From positions 18,404,215-18,468,214 of the forward strand of contig JAHRHZ010000058.1 of assembly GCA_024137785.1 (NCBI GenBank): DNA of 64,000 nt, read 5' to 3'. This DNA comes from Ginglymostoma cirratum. Its lineage: Eukaryota. The notes under the pieces were generated by a model. It did not search any database. It saw only the letters and a list, made by a program, of their open reading frames with translations, and was not told where the DNA came from. Made by a program: the position numbers and the translations under genes. This document shows, piece after piece, positions 11,884-25,979 of this stretch; the stretch's first letter is position 1, and the number at the start of each line of letters is the position of its first letter.

Positions 11884-13003
11884 AAAAGGGCACCAGAGGT
11901 GTGAAAGCTGGAAGGTTGTTGCAGTGACAGGCACTTCTGCCCCTCTAATTGTGTGATTTCTCTTTAAAGAGTGCCCAAGTTGACGATTATCTAACTAATG
12001 ATGCAACAAATGGAAGATTGTGGCTTTTGTCACTCAATAAAATGCTTTAATTGCAAATTGGTAGAATTCTGCCCAAAGTAATTTTACTTATGGCCATTTG
12101 GATAAATTTAAGCATCGCAGCTTTATCCAAAGAGCAGCTGTGTGTAACACATTTGCCAAGGGTGTATTGATAGTTGATATGCGTTGACAGACCTGAAATT
12201 ATTTTAAGTAATATTGTGTAACGTAACTATTCAGTTCATCATATTAGCTATCACGCTTTCAGTAAAACCTGGCTTTCCTCATAATTTCAGAGTTGCCTGA
12301 GTCAATAATTGTACTGCAAAAATCAACATGCTAATTTGTACATTTCCTTCAAGATGACTTGGCAGCTTTTCACCCTGTTCATATTCTGTTTGTGCATCTT
12401 GGTGACAGCACTATTTCTTCTGGCCAGTAAGCATTTAATGATTATAAAGAGTATATGTTGTGCTTTTTTTATACCAGTGAAACATGAGGAAAGAAAAATG
12501 CAGAAAACTCCAATATTACTTAACAGATTTTACTTGCAGTGGAAAATTTGCACTTCAGAGGTTTTGTCCTTCTGGAAGCTAAATGTAAATCTGTACCAAT
12601 GTAACTGATTTTGGAAGGACAGCTAACAGCAGTATTTAACTTGTACTGCAGAGAATTTATGGGGTTTTCTCTCAATCAGCTAGTGTATGACTCATCAAAT
12701 AAGATCTCTTCTTTCAACATGTGTAAATAAATTGTAATTTTAACAAACCAGATTTGATGACTCATTTATGCGACTTTGATGTAAAAGTGCTAAATTAGTT
12801 GCAGTTATTTAAATTGCAACTAAATAAAAACAGCATATCTGAGGACGTTCTTCTGGGTGAACTATTGTGGAAAATGTCATGAGTTATTTGTTTGAAAGTG
12901 CTTTGTAATGCCAAATGTTCCTTGGTAAATACCTTTTAAGAATCCAGTGACTAATTCCCGGATGTGGCAATATGCTAACTTGGTTCTGTTTGCTCGTTTA
13001 CAG

Positions 13004-13134
13004 GAATGGGTTACAGCAACTGATATCAAAGTGACCTTGAATAGATTGAATACTTTTGGAGATGAGGTCTTTAATGACCCAAAGGTTCTGAAGTCTTACT
13101 ATTACGCCATTTCGGACTTTGCAGTTGGTGGAAG
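13004..13134 (+). CDS. LAMC1: LAMC1 exon (human exon 3 equivalent), LN domain C-terminus
   Basis: tttacag|GAA...GGAAG|gtattt; [43 protein letters not shown](R); 131 nt. Confidence 0.97.
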
Positions 13135-16100
13135 GTATTTTTTAATTGTTTCTTCATTTTAATGTTTGTTTTAAAATCTGTGTTCTTGTTAACTCATGGT
13201 CATGTAACTGCATGAATTTTGCTGCTTTTGAAAAATTCTACTGCCAATGATATTTAATGTTAGATAATCAAAGTTACTTTGGTATTGACAGTCATAAACT
13301 TGGGGAACACATTGAAATACAATGATAATGTGCAGTAGGCTCTAATGGAGACTGAAGTTGTGCCAATTATATTTGGTATTGGGATTTTTGCAAGTCTGGT
13401 ATTTGAAGTAGTTAAAATATTTTCGCTAGGTTTAAGTTACTTCTGTAATACTTCATTCTCTTCCTATAAAAGGGAGACTCGTAAAGGCAGTAAAGTTTAT
13501 CAAGCTAGTGCATGTTTGTGTGTTTTTGACTCTCATTTATGGTGTGAGTTTACATTCACCAGGGTGTTTTTACTTGATGCGACCTTACTTAAATTATGTT
13601 CTGTGATGTAAAAAAATACTGGGAATAGACACTATGGTATTGTAGAATGCAACAGACATATATTACATTAATTACTATGCACAAACTTTATATTCCTCAG
13701 ACACATAACATTAAGCTGTTAGGTAACAATAGAGCAGCATGCTTTCAGTAGAGTGTTATGCTTTCAGTGATAAGTAAGGTGGGATTTGAGACTTATATAT
13801 ACCCTCAGGTCACCTGCTATAGTACAATAATGATGTCACAAGCAGGGCTGTTAAAGGTGTATTGATGGTGAAACTTAACACAGCAATTATATCAGATTAT
13901 GTAGTCCTGGGTTGTAAAGACTCCGAAGATTTGCGAATTATTTTGAATTAACCATTAGGAGTACACATGAGATCTTTCCTTTAAAAACTGTATGTACGGA
14001 TGGCCATGGCCATGCAGCAACGTACCGGTACTGCGAAGGCAGTTTGTGATCTTTTCCTTTTATGAATACCAAATGTGCAGTTCTGCAGACATAATTTAAA
14101 GCTACCACACTTAACGAATAAGATTTAAACAGGATATTGATCGTAACCGATACAAAATGCCAGATCAATAAGGAGCTAATTTATTATTATTATTTTTTAA
14201 AGGGAATGTATGTTCACAAATGGATTAATTTCACATACTCAATGTTTGGTGGTTAGTGGCTCGTATTTAGGCCTACGCTTAACAGGTTATGAAATGAATT
14301 GGAATAGATGAACAGAAGTAGATTGCTTAACCCCTTGAAACCGTTTTACTTTCCATGGCTATTTTATATGCCAAATCTATTTATTCATCTTTATACTATA
14401 TCCCTGCATGCCCCCCTTTCAAAAAATCTATCAAACCCTCGCCTTGAAAATTTCAATTGATTCTACCTCCAGAGAACAAAGTTCCATGTTTCTACTTCTC
14501 TTTCTGTGTGATTCTGATTCACTGCTGTTGCTTACTTTGAATTTAGCTGCTGACCTAATTCTGTGTTTTATGGAACATAGAACAGTTCAGCAGATCTTGT
14601 GTCTTCCCACTCTGATTAATGTAAATCAGACCAAATAATGGGAGTAGGAGAACAATTGTTTAATAGTTGGTGCTACAGAGTTGGGTTCAACATGAAACAA
14701 CGCAATCGTGAATTAGCAAGAATATATAAAATTCATTGAAATAAGGGATTTAGTTTGTGGGCAAATGGAGCATAGATAAACAGTAGGAAATCTGTGAATG
14801 TGGCAAGGTTACAGTGCAAGGTAGATGTTTCGGTACGGAGTCATATCAAAGAAAAAGCTCTGTGCTCAGAAATTCAAATCAGACATAATTATAAAAGTGA
14901 GGCCTGTGAGAAAATTAGTTCAACAAAAGAGTACTGTGAAATATAGAGTAAAAGGGAGATGAAAAGAAAAAGATAGACCAGGAGTGAATATAAGAAAAAG
15001 CTAAAAGCACAAAGGAGAAGGGGCGGGGTGGGGGGGCGGTGTCAGATGCAAAGACAAAGAGTTGGCTTTCAGCACCCTATCCCTGCCTCAGATTTGGGCA
15101 AATAGAAAATGCTTCCCCAAAGCAAAAAGATGGATGCTCCGTTATTATAGTGATCGTGTAGTCTATTACTTTCTTTATTGGCTGGGTCAAAATTTAATTG
15201 GGCCTGTGGCAAACTAATACCTTAACTCAGGATTTATTTGAGTCCAATTAAAATCTATTACAATTGTCCTGAATCCTCCTCCTTCTAGCTTTGTAAATCC
15301 TTGGAGAGGGTGCAGAAAAGATTTACTGCATTGATAACAGGAATGAAGAATTATGTGGAGATACTGGAGAGCTGTAGTTGTATTGTTGGAGCAGAGAAGT
15401 CAAAGAAGAGATTTAAAAGAACTGCTCAAAGTCATGACCAGTTTTGGTAGAGTAGATGAGGGGCTGAATCATCTGTTTTTATTTCTTGTGTGGCACTTGG
15501 AGATGGCAGAAACGTTTAATTAGGAAAAATGGGACATACATTAATCCTGTCCACCTTTGCCAGAATTAAGTCAGGAAGGAGAAGACTCATTAGACCTGCT
15601 GCACTGTGATCAATTGAGATCCATAGGTGACCAACTATAAGGACCATGTAAAGGTCTCATTCAACTGCTGCTGGTATGACCGCAGCTGCATGTGGATCTA
15701 GCAACATGCAGCCTGTGTGACAGGCAAAACTGTGACCCATTTGTCATCTCCCAGGCGCTTGGTTCCTTGATCAGAGTCACTGTGTGACTCTGGTGCCTGT
15801 CCTTATGGTCATAACAACTGCTTGCCCAGTGGAGTTGGTGAGCATTAAAGTTGTTGGCCTCTGATTTGTTTCCAAGGGTGGGATCTCTGGCCGGGTCTTA
15901 ATCCTGGGAAAAGGCCCGCTGCTGGCCTTTCCTCTGTTTGTTTGGTTTGGTGTGCTTTCCACTAAAGAGGCAACAAAGTTTGTTTAGCTCTCCAGCCAGA
16001 AGGTGAGACCCCTGATGCCTCAACAAAATTTCAGCCAAGATTTTTGGTGGAAGGCACAATTTTATAGGAATTGGGAAAGAATCAGAAATGAAAGAGGGGA

Positions 16101-17039
16101 ACTTTTTTTTTGCCGCTGAGATGATGATCTGCATTGTCTGAAGTGGTGGCAGCAATTTTGACAGTAATCTTCCAAAATGATAAATTCTTGAAGGGCTAAG
16201 GGGCAAGAACAATGGAGTGGGCTTAAGTGTATTGCTTTATCTGAGAGCCCACTAACGTGAGATGAAATGATCCATCACTACCTATGACATATCATTCTGT
16301 TTTATGAATGAAGAGCATATTTGTGATTAAGGTAGCAAGACGTCTTATGGGAAGCTTGTTACAAAAGAAAACTTGTACGGTTCAAAAGGATATGTAAAAG
16401 ACAATAACAGGTTTTGTTTTGAAGAAAAGAGAAAATGATGTAACCAGAGTTTTAACGGATGCTGCCAGGATTGGAGAACCTGTTGAAATGTTGTGGGCCA
16501 GGATTGGTGCTGAGGTCAATTTTATTTTCCGTATTTATAGAAATATGGTATTGATATATGACCTTTTAAAACATGCCATTTTTCAAGTGTGAAGCAAAGT
16601 GTTGAGTACTGAAAGCCGGTATAAAAACTCTTCTGTCCTCCGTATGTCGAAGCAGTCCATTTCCCCCAACCCGCCATGAACCAGTTAGAGCAGCCCTAGT
16701 TAACTGAGAGTTTAGTGCTGTAACTATTTTATTGCTTCCTCTTGTAGCTACTTGGACTGACTAAACACAACCGGGAATCAAGTGAGGTTGCTTATTTTCG
16801 GTGAGAGATATGTTGTTTTGAGAAATCTAATTTACGTTGTATAAACTAAGAATTGGAATAGAAATCTTCCCAGGAGAAATGTCTGGTTTGCTTGAAAAGC
16901 TCAGAGTTTTTGTTTTTTGAAGCAACAGTTCAGGAAAACACCCACACTCCCCAACATGGAATTAAACACTTGCATTACGAAACAAATGGCACAACTAAAG
17001 TATAATGCAGTGTTACAGTTGACATATATTTGACAGCTC

Positions 17040-17345
17040 TCCCTCACATGCACGCGCACTCTTTTTCTCATGCTGACTCTCCCCACCCCCAATCTCTCTC
17101 ACCACTCAACCCCCGCCTGTCAGTATCTCTCACTGCACCTCCACTCAGCCATGCCCCATGACACTCACTCTCCACTCGTGCGCCAGTCTGTCTCTGTTTC
17201 TCTTCCTTTTTCTCTCTTCTCACTCTTCCTCTTTCCTGGCTCTTCCCACCACCCCCCACCTCCTCCTCCTCTTTCCTCGCTCTACCCCCCCTTCCTCTTT
17301 CCTCACTCCCCACCAGCCACACCCCCAGTATCTCTCATGACTCCC
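17040..17345 (+). repeat. Pyrimidine-rich low-complexity tract
   Basis: C/T-dominated sequence (ctctc, cctcct, cccc runs); produces the low-complexity ORFs at 17068-17360. Confidence 0.8.
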
Positions 17346-18064
17346 TTATCAATCAGCTAGACTTGCTGTTCCCATCACCCAGTTAGCTAACACCCATCAA
17401 CAGCAGCAGCTCCAGATGATTGCTTCTCCAACATGCCTTCTCACTCGTTCCTCCTCACCACTTCCCCACCCCAAACTGCAGTTTGCTTAGGCTCACCCCT
17501 CTCTTTGCCTCCCGGTCATGTTGTCACTCGCTCCTGCCTCCTTGTCCCTGCGCTGAAATCTATTTGCAACATTCTCCCCTTCAAATTTGCCTTGAAGGTG
17601 CTGCATTTGACAATTTCATAATGTTATTATTCAATTCTGCTCAACTCTCGGGAATGAGCTTTATTGCAAAATTTTCAATAGGACATTCAAGACAGTGTGT
17701 TGAAGAGGAATTCAAAGGTGATGGGCAGGGAGTGATGAGATGAGACGAGACAGAGTCAGAAGCAAATTGCATATTAGGGCTGCAACAGTTAGCTGAGCTT
17801 CTATGAAGGAAATGAGCTACACATGTTTTGTAGGGGACTTGGTGTGAAGTTGAGAGCAATAAATGGTTAGAGCTTTGGAGAAATTCTAGGAATTAGGCAG
17901 TTAAGTGTTGGATTCAAAACTCGAATATCCTTGGAAGAGTGGAAGGCCACAGGCTTGGTGTTGGTAGCTGTGAAGGCTAAGAAAAAGCATTTAGGTTTTA
18001 ACACTTGGGTAAAGTGGACAGTGTTGGCAGTATTTGCTGGAAGCCACTGAGTAAGATCATGACT

Positions 18065-18700
18065 TCCCTTTTGGCAGTCAACAACCTTTCTTACCAATGG
18101 GAAAAGTTTCTCTCTCTTCGTGTATCCTTACTAGATCCTTTATGATTTCGAACACTTCCACCAAATTGTCTCAACCTTATTCCCTGTGAAGAACAATCCC
18201 AGGTTCTCCAATCTATCTTTAATACTTGAAACCGTTCTTATAAACCTTCTCTGCACCACTCTAATTCGTCAATGTTTTATGGGAATAATTCCAGGGATAA
18301 GGGATTTGGGTCATTTGGACGGTTTGGAGAAGCTGAGATTGCTCTTCTTGGAGAAGATAAGGTTGAGAAAAGGATTGATAAAAGTATTCAAATTCTCGAG
18401 ATTTGAGCAGCTTAGATGGAGAAGCTATTCCAGTTGGCAGGGCAACCATTTAAAGTGATTGACAAAATATCCAATTATTTCTTTCAACAAAGGACATGTT
18501 GATGTCGTGAGTGGCTGGGACCTGGAGTACGTTGTTTGAGCGTGAAAGGATGGGAGTCAGATATAATTTGTGTTTGCAAATTCAAATTAGATAATTACCT
18601 GAAATAACACGATTTGCAGGCCTATGAATAAAGGGCAGGATGTAGGACTAATTGAATTGTTGATGCAGAGTGCTTGGCACAGACACAGTAGGATACAAAT
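18065..18700. mobile_element. Two back-to-back decayed CR1 fragments (minus about 18065-18260, plus about 18270-18700)
   Basis: IPGIRDLGHLDGLEKLRLLFLEKIRLRKGLIKVFK in ORF 18186-18458, with the reverse of the same region immediately upstream. Confidence 0.65.
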
Positions 18701-21347
18701 TGCTACATCTTGGCCTTTTTATAAATGTCTCCTTTTTAAAAAAAAAAATGCTGCTGTTGTATGAGGCAGAAATGAGATGTAAAGCATACTAATTTTCATA
18801 ATTATTTCTAAAAACTTTTACTGACAAGTGGGCAGAGAGAGTTGACGGGTGCTGCCTTTGCCGTTACAGAGGCAAACATGGTGTCATCAATGTCATGTGC
18901 AAGTCCAGAGATGTGATCATGAGTTTTGATGGCACTTCAGGCTGTAATTCTTATTGTTCTTGCAAATGATCATCAGTTGGGGCACATCCTTTTGTTAAAG
19001 CTACATCCTTGTTCTGTCTCTGTTTGACCGTGTCATCTTTCTCAATGTCTGACCATTACATAAACTCAGGCCAAAAATTACCACTGCCACTAATTGTTTC
19101 CTTTGGCTACACCCCATTTAATAAATGTTACTAATTTTTAAATAATAGGAGAATTAGAAGAGTTGGAATTGTGGCAAATTTCAGGTCAGCTTTAGATATT
19201 ATCTTAAGTTTAGCCATGCTAGATACTCTGTAAGCAGTCTGTAAGTGTTGTATTCAGGAAGATGCCTAGACTTACAGACTCTTTAGTCCTCCAATTCTTT
19301 TTCTGTTTCCACTACTTTTCCCGTTAAGATTACTGTTCATATCTCTGACACTTTGGATTACGTCTGACATTGAAAGTTCTTGCGAGGATTTGTCTGGCGT
19401 GTCAAGGTGTTACTTTCCAGGTTTAGGCCAAAATGTTAATGTAGATGATTGATCACTTAGCAATTGTGACCCTTTTGAGTCGGTAAATGAATTTAGTCGG
19501 AATCTGATTATAATTTGTAATTCAATTTTAATTCTAATTCTACTTTAATAGATTTTTGATTTTTTAAATTTTTTTCGTGGATAGTAACCTTGATCCAGAA
19601 GAAATATGACAGATTCTTTGATTCAAAATACTTCCTATGATTTATGGCTCATTTTTGGTTTATTCCCAATCCTCCTGAGAAGGAATGCTGAGAATGTGTT
19701 GCAGCGGAAAGCAAGGAATCAGAATTTCAAAGTCTCCTTTTCATCCGTTGTGCTAGAATTGTAACAAGTATTTACCCCATTATTATGTATTCATAGATGG
19801 TCTTAACTCATCAGAACAAAACTTTTAACAGCCAACATTCATTGATATTGTCAGATGCAGCATTCTCTTAAGCCTGCAAGCTGAAAATTAATTTCCCTTG
19901 CATTGTTGGTGTATCTGACCGATACTTTTATTTTGCCAAAAAAACAATTAGGGGAGTTCTGAAATCTGTTCTCAGTTTGAGACGTGGAGCAGGAATAGGC
20001 CTTTCATTGAGGTTACGGGTGGTCTGTGTCTTGACTCTAAAACCTGAGTAGCTTTGATTTAGCTAATAATTTCAAAATAATTCATATCATTAATTAAATT
20101 AGCATCAACTTCATTTGTCTAGAAGTGCGATTCACATTTCTACCACGCTATGTGTGAAGAAATGTTTTGTAACATCTCTCCTGAACACACTGGCTCTGAT
20201 ATTGCAGCTGACTCCGTCAAAAGAAGTTGCACATGTTTCAAAATCAACAGTAGAAATGTAATTGAACCAAGTTTGTGTACGACCTCAACTGTATTTAATG
20301 AATTCTAGCTGTTGAACGATCATTCAGTGAGCGTGGTATCTTCCTGCCTGTTGCTGCTGGTTGGGATCTAGTCAATAATGTGACAAGATTATCTCAGTAT
20401 GTCCTATTCACTTTAACAAAATTGATAACAAAAATGATAACTAATTCAGCTCATGATTAACTTATCACCCTTCTCTCAAAATTAGTGGTGTATGAAAGAG
20501 TAATCAATAATGCCTCTGGCATTCCATCCCATACCACTCAGCAACCCGTTAAAAGCAATTTAGTATCAGGCTTTGTCACCATTCCTCATCTGCCTGTTGT
20601 AGTTAAATGTACTCTATGTATTTATGTTGGAAGTGATTGTGCTGAATACTAATAATGACCGCATATGCAGAAATAGGCTATGACATCACTCTCTGTGATT
20701 GGCTGCTGGAAGTGTCTGCATGTGTGTTGCAATGTCATAGTGTTCCATACGTAGCAGTGTCGGTACCTGAGCACGTACAGGTGGGATGCACAGTAACTGG
20801 TGCAGGAAGAGTGGTTGGGAAAAAGACTGGTGATGAGGGGATGTTTTCCTTTCCTGATAATGTAGTTCTTCTTCACCTCTTCACCCTGCCATCATTTGCT
20901 ATGGTGAATGCTCAGGAATGGTACCCAACAGATATATGGAGCATGTGCAGTGTCAGCGCTGCCGATGGACTGTAGTTTGTTTCTGGATCCACACCAGTGA
21001 ACTCTTGGCTTGAGCGAAAGAAGTGGCTGGAAACATGTAGGCTGCAAACCCTAGAAATACCTCTCAAGAAACAGATGTGGTTCCTGGAAGCTGCCATTTG
21101 GCTGATTTGCAATGGCATGGCCCTGCAAACCCATGTTCTTATTCACTTGTGAGCACTGCTGCAACTGGTGATGGCGATCACAATCAACACAGCTATTTCT
21201 GTCATGCAGTAGCTTGAGGTATTGAGTGAATATTCAAGCACATCACAATTGCTGGTTGATCAGAATACAAGCAATGATAAAGAAATAAGTGTATAATGTG
21301 TTTTTTTTTATGAAATGCAATGATGCAGATGTGAAGTGAATGTGAGG

Positions 21348-21371
21348 ATTTACATTTACATTTACATTTAC
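21348..21371 (+). repeat. (TTTACA)4 microsatellite
   Basis: tttacatttacatttacatttaca. Confidence 0.9.
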
Positions 21372-21386
21372 AAGAAAAAGCAAATA

Positions 21387-22752
21387 CAGAGGGCTCTGCC
21401 ATAACGCATATTCCGGCAATGTGAATTGGCTGTAATGTGACTGACGAACAGAGGAGCGCTATTTCTAAGACGTGAACTTCTGTTGGCTATAATGCGATTG
21501 CATCGGTGACCTTATTGTTGATGTTTTGGAAGATGTTTTTGGAAAATATTGCAGGAAAAAAAAATTTGGATGCCACGATTCTCCTTATCCTGGATGATGT
21601 GCCAAGCCATCTTCCCACCATTGGTGAGCTTTCTGAAAACATCAAAGTACTATTTCTACTCCAAATATAACCTCAGTCCTTCAAGCCACGGACCAGGGTG
21701 CAATAGCAGCTTTTAAAGTTTATTATTTAATGCACACATTTAAGAGGCTGTTTGCAGCTACTGAGGAGGATAAAGACAGTGCTCTTCAATTTTGTAAGAG
21801 CTTTAACATCAAGAATGCAATTGACATTATTGTGGAGGCCTGGGATGATGTTCAGTAGGGACTGCTTGCATGCAGTTTGGCGGAAGCTTCTCCCAGATTT
21901 TTTTCAAGACTTTAAAGGCTTTGATCTGTCAGAAGAGCTCTCAAGAATCGAAGAACATTCTGTTGATCTTTGCAAAACAAGTTGCATTTAAAGAAGTGGA
22001 TACTGAGGATGTTGAAGAGCTGCTCGAGTCTCACAGTGAAGAACTCTCTATAGTTGATCTCCAACAACTTGTTGTTGAGGGTGAAGTGGAAGCTGGAGAT
22101 GAAGATGATGAATTCCAGGATGCAGCACCACGAGAGCTTTCCACTTATGTTTTGCCTTCCATCCCGAGGGAAATTGAGAAGCAGTTGCAGTCCTTAAGAG
22201 GACAACAATTACAATACAGAGCACAGCAGGGTCGCAGTTTGTAAAATGAGATCTCATTTGGCACCCTATTAACAGCTTCTTCATGAAAGAAGGAAAAGGG
22301 CAAAGTAGCAAAAACTGGATGTCATTTTTAAGCCAACCCCCAAGAAACAGTCAAAAGGCAATGAACCACAATGATCCACTTCTGGATTAACTTTTTCATC
22401 CTAACTCTGCAAACACAACTGCACCTGAAGGTGGTGATGATGATGGTGATGATGACGACGACCCTCAGCCTCTGCATTAACACACAGCAACCTCAAAACT
22501 CCCACCCCCGTAAAGTCATCTTGATATTTTTCAAGAAAAGGTGTTAAATTTACTTTTAATTTGTATCTAATAATGAAATTAACATTTATTCAAACTGTAC
22601 TGCTAGGCTTTTGAGTTTTTTTTGAGCGATACATTTCAGGCAGTCTGCCCCAACCCAGCTTTTCCCATAAGCTCAGTTATTTCTATAGTTTGATTTTCTA
22701 TAAAGAGATGTTGTGCAGGAACGCAACTATCACATTATAGCAGAAACCCCTG
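21387..22752 (+). mobile_element. Tigger/pogo-family DNA transposon, internally deleted, pseudogenised DDE transposase
   Basis: TA|CAGAGGGCTCTGCCATAACG … CATTATAGCAGAAACCCCTG|TG imperfect TIRs. Translation ILLILDDVPSH…IKVLFL/PNITSVLQATDQGAIAAFKVYY matches the pogo LLxLDNAPxH…FLPPNTTSxxQPMDQG motif. Acidic tail EDVEELLESHSEELS. Confidence 0.9.
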
Positions 22753-23169
22753 TGAGACTGTTCAAAGTGAGGAGAAATTCTATACTGTAATGTTATTCTC
22801 CGCAAATTTGAGTGAATATCTGGGGCACTAAAATGAAACTGACAGCTTCCAGTCTGGCAAAACTGACTGAGTTTTAGGATTTTCAAAATGCTGTTCCATG
22901 CCTTCTCCCAACTGTCCAAAATGAGTGATTCTGTTGGAAACCATTTATATAGTCAGGATAAATTTTGGGTAAATAAAGATGAAATAACTTTTACAGGGTG
23001 AAGAGTATAAAATGGCTTGGTATCAGAGGATTGATATTGAACTAGGTAGTAAAATGAGGAGAAGGGTATCATGTATATTTTAAAACATCACTTACTATAT
23101 TTGTCGTGTATTGGGATGTCACAGGATATTATTTTCTGTTATGACTGTAAACGTGCCTCAAATATCTTT

Positions 23170-24290
23170 GAGTCATACAGCATGGAAACAGACCCTTCGG
23201 TCCAACCAGTCCATGCCAAACATAATCCCAAACTAAACTAGTCCCACCTACCTGCTCCTGGCCCATATAGCTCCAAACCCCTCTCATTCTTATATCCATC
23301 CAAATGTCTTTTAAATCTTGTAATTTTACCCACCTCCTCCACTACACCACGAAGTACATTCCACACTTCAACGACCCTCTGTGTAAAAAAAATTTTCCTC
23401 TTACGACATTTTTAAATCTCTCTCTTCTCACCTTAAAAATGTGCCACCTAGTCTTGAAATTCCCCACCTTAGGGAAAAGATGACAACTACCATCAACTCT
23501 ATCTATACCTCTTATTATTTTATAAACTTCTTTCAGGTCACCATTCAACCTCCTGTGCTCCCGTGGAAAAAGTCTCAGCCTGTCCAGCCTTCTCCTTATA
23601 ACTCAAACCTTCCATACCTGGCAACATCCTGGTAAATCTCTTCTGAACCCTCTCCAACTTGATAATATCCTTCCTGTAACTGGGCAACCTGAACTGGACA
23701 CAATATTCCAGAATGGCCTCACTAATGTCCTGTACAACCTCAACATAATGTCCCAATTCTTATACTCAGGACTGAGCAATGAAGGCAAGCATGCCAAACG
23801 CCTTTTTAATCATCCTGTCCATATATGACGCAAACCTTAAAGAATTATATATCTGCACCCTAGGTGTCTCTGTCCTACAACGCTACCCAAGGCCCTACCA
23901 TTAATTGTATAAGCCCTAACATTGTTGTTCCAAAATGCAATACCTCGTATTTATCCAGATTGAAAGCTACCTGCCATTTTTCAGCCCATCTGCCCATTTG
24001 ATCAAAATCCCTCTGTAATCTTAGAAAATCTTCTTCACTGTCTACAATGCCACCAATATGGCTGTCGTCTGTAAGCTTACTAACCATGCCTTCTGTATTC
24101 TCATCCAAATCATTTATATAACTGATAAACAAAAGAGGACCTAGTACCGATCCCTGTGGAACACTGCTGGTCACAGGCCTCCAGTCCAAAAAACAACCCT
24201 CTTCCATTACTCTCTCACTCCTGCCATTAAGCCAATTATGTATCCAATTGGCAAGCTCACTCTGAATCCATGTGACCTAACTTTATTAAT
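23170..24290 (-). mobile_element. CR1-clade (HER1-like) LINE, 5'-truncated, relatively young
   Basis: Minus ORFs: WRPVTSSVPQGSVLGPLLFISYINDLD…KLTDD; EYCVQF…KDIIKLERVQKRFTRMLPGMEGLSY; GDLKEVYKIIRGIDRVD; intact-looking 3' tail. Confidence 0.95.
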
Positions 24291-25117
24291 CTGGATTGGA
24301 ATTTACAGTCCGTCTAAATATTTGCAGGCAAATGTTACTTCAGCTAATTCAGCATCATCATATTAAATGAAGAAATAATGATTAACCTTCCTCATTACCG
24401 AATGTAGGAAACTACAGAAATGCAGCCAGTGGGTATCCACATCAATTTGTGATCAAAATGGCTAATTATGTGAGTCTAATATCTAATAAATAAATAACAA
24501 ACCAGGAGCTTAAAAATTTAATTCACCAGTAAGTTGTTAGAAAACCAATATTAACAACTTTGAACTCCTTTGGTCCAATGAATTCAAAAGTTTTCTTTTC
24601 ACTAACATGAGAGAGCTTTTGTTTTAATTAACATAGGTATTCAGACATATTAACTTTCATGAGTTCTAAGTAGTCTTCAAATCTAGATTAAAAACTTGGA
24701 AATATATGTTAATTCACAGAAATATGTAGAGTGAAAATAAAAGGAAAACAAAAATCGCACATTTCAGTGGACTCTGATTAACTGTAAAATCACACTGTTT
24801 GTGGTTGATGGTAGAAAATGTAGATTTGAGCAGATGAGACACAAAATAAGTTAAGATCTTAAATTGCAGGATGCATTTGGACCAAAAGAAGATTACGGTT
24901 TTTATCAGAAGAAAACCTACACCCAATTATCATTGTGTTTTCTTTTGTTTTTGTTGGAGTATTTGTTTTTTTAATCCAGTCAATTTACTTCCCATTCTAA
25001 ATGTGTTTAAATAAAACTAGCTTTGAGACAGAATTCACATTCTAGCTCAAATGAGATCAGTGGAAAAGTGGTTAATTAGGTCAGTAGTAATTTGTGCAAA
25101 CTGTTAAAAATTGCTCA

Positions 25118-25212
25118 CAAACAAAAACATAAATTGCTGGAAAAGTTCAACAGATTTGGCAGCATTCGCGGAAAGAAAAAAGTTTCAGGTCCAGTGACCC
25201 TTCCTCAGCACT
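25118..25212 (-). mobile_element. Family A single arm with hammerhead motif (antisense to LAMC1)
   Basis: Reverse complement reads CTGAGGA-A-GGGTC actg GACCT-GAAAC, then a deletion over the cleavage triplet. Confidence 0.8.
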
Positions 25213-25812
25213 GAATTGCTTATCTGTTTTGTGTAGATTATGCTCCCTGCATCTCACGCAATGCAACTCCAGGAGTGATTCTTTACTTTGAAGATATAGG
25301 CATAAATATGATTGGGTTGGTTTGAATCCCATGTTCCATTGTTCCAGTTGAACACTGATGAAAGACTAACGGAATAGATTTCAGTTCAGAGTGAATATAA
25401 TGAATGCACTGTTGGCATCATCCAACATTAACTAACGTACAGTTGCTTGTTAATTATGGGTTATGGATGTAATGAGCATATGAAAGATGTACTGCATTTG
25501 TTTGAAAGCGTCAAAATGATTATGATCATAAATTTGCAGAGGCTTTGGCTATTTTGCCATTATTTTTGCAGGGCAATAGTTTATCTAGAGACTCGTGAAG
25601 TGACATTTATATTTAAATCAAGACTGATCCTATGCTCAGATGATGCTATCTGCATATCAACTTTCATTTTTATCTATCTTTTTTGCTACCTTTTGGGATT
25701 GTGCGTCTAAACCATTGCTCTTTTTTTCAGGACAAAATCTGTGATGGTATTTGCTTTTGTTTGGTTATTTTTCCTCACCTTTTTCCTCATCTCTCTTCTT
25801 TGTCCACCACAG

Positions 25813-25979
25813 GTGTAAGTGTCACGGCCATGCCAGTGAATGTATAAAGAATGAATTTAATAAGCTGGTCTGCAACTGCAAACACAACACAATGGGAGTG
25901 GATTGTGAGAGCTGCCAGCCATTCTACAATGACCGACCTTGGCGCAGAGCTACAGCAGAAAACCCAAATGAGTGTCTGC
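25813..25979 (+). CDS. LAMC1: LAMC1 exon 4 equivalent, LE domain
   Basis: ccacag|G TGT...CTG C|gtaagt; [55 protein letters not shown]; 167 nt. Confidence 0.97.
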
